Assembly: GCA_043228905.1 (NCBI GenBank)
Contig: JBHGNT010000009.1
Coordinates: forward strand, 13,020,001-13,084,000
DNA length: 64,000 nt
Direction: 5' to 3'
From: Azolla caroliniana
Taxonomy: Eukaryota > Plantae > Polypodiophyta
Shown: positions 63,201 to 64,000 of the stretch, one piece after another
Layout of the letters: every line of letters begins with the position of its first letter
Numbering within the stretch: position 1 is the first letter of the stretch
Program-made: the position numbers and the translations under genes
Notes under the pieces: generated by a model
Told to the model about the DNA's origin: nothing
What the model saw: only the letters and a program-made list of their open reading frames with translations
Databases searched by the model: none

Positions 63201-64000
63201 CTTCCACCGGGCACCCCTTTATCAGGATGTCATCCAGAAATGGCATGGTGATGTCCGGGATGCAATCCCTCAGTACTTTGTTCATTGCATTCACCATGTG
63301 GGCCACCGAGTTGGTCCCTCCTTGTGGCAGGGTACACATTCGCACTAGGCCGAGGGGAGTTCGCATCGTCGTAATGTCTCTGCTCTCCACGGCTAGCTGG
63401 AACTGGTCGTACCCCGAGTATAGATCACTGACCGAGTAAATCGACCTTCCGACGAAGGCCTCCGCGAACTCGTCTATGGTCGGTCCGATTCCTGCGTTCC
63501 GAATGGTCACTCTGTTGACCGGCTGCAGGTCTTGAATGAAGCGCATCGTTCCGTTTTTCTTTGGTACGGTAAACCATCGGTTCGAGTATGGGGCACTCGA
63601 CGGTTCGAGAATGCCCATATCTACTTTCTGCCTCAATAGCTCCATCAACTTCGGGATGTGAGCTCTCGGTACCGGAATCAGCTTGAGATTCCACGGCACA
63701 TGCGGTACCGTGAATATCACCATCGGCTCCATGATCGTCGGGTCTACGCACCCGATCTCTTCCGGTGAGAATGCAAAGGCTTTCCCGTGACTTCCGAGCA
63801 TTCTCCGAAACCGGTCTTCCTCCGCCGGCAGTAGGAACCCGCCCCCACTGATCTTGAGCTCCCGGAGCGTCCCGTCGGTGAAGGTGTGTCCTATGCAGGC
63901 CGGATCTCGTAAACTGGGGTCCGACGCCACCCCTCTGATTCAGGACTCGCTGCCCTCCGGTAAGGGTGCTGCGATCGGCCTTACCTTCCGGTCCACAGTC
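60237..64000 (-). mobile_element. GC-rich Gypsy element F, 3' part (RT, RH, INT, PPT, 3' LTR 60237-60864)
   Basis: RT DLYSGYDQ..LPQGGTNS..FLDDILIKG, RH IETDCLP, INT with a GPY motif, PPT AGGTGGGGGCGGA and LTR TGTCG..CGACA. Confidence 0.93.

Overview
This 64-kb window is a gene-free, deeply nested transposon cluster. It is most likely from a non-seed land plant, which is inferred from the element types and not proven. It contains three divergent non-chromovirus Ty3/Gypsy elements (A 1-10095 minus, B ~15870-24517 plus, C 37218-~47280 minus), each with a long extra coiled-coil ORF behind pol. It also contains two non-coding derivatives of that group (27173-29947, 40507-43599), a solo LTR, two chromovirus-like Gypsy relics, a GC-rich Gypsy of another lineage, several Copia pieces, a short LINE 3' end, and a spliced Sola2-like DNA transposon with a second gene and dense TTAGTACTAA arrays. 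Nearly all ORFs are pseudogenised. The main novelty is that all five members of the A/B/C group lack a polypurine tract. In its place, directly before the 3' LTR, each carries a 40-nt copy of the T-arm/acceptor/CCA end of tRNA-Arg(UCU), split by a small covarying hairpin. On minus-strand cDNA this would be a second, bipartite primer-binding site, which suggests LTR retrotransposons that prime both strands with tRNAs. One of the non-coding copies also has discordant, chimeric LTRs inside a single target-site duplication.
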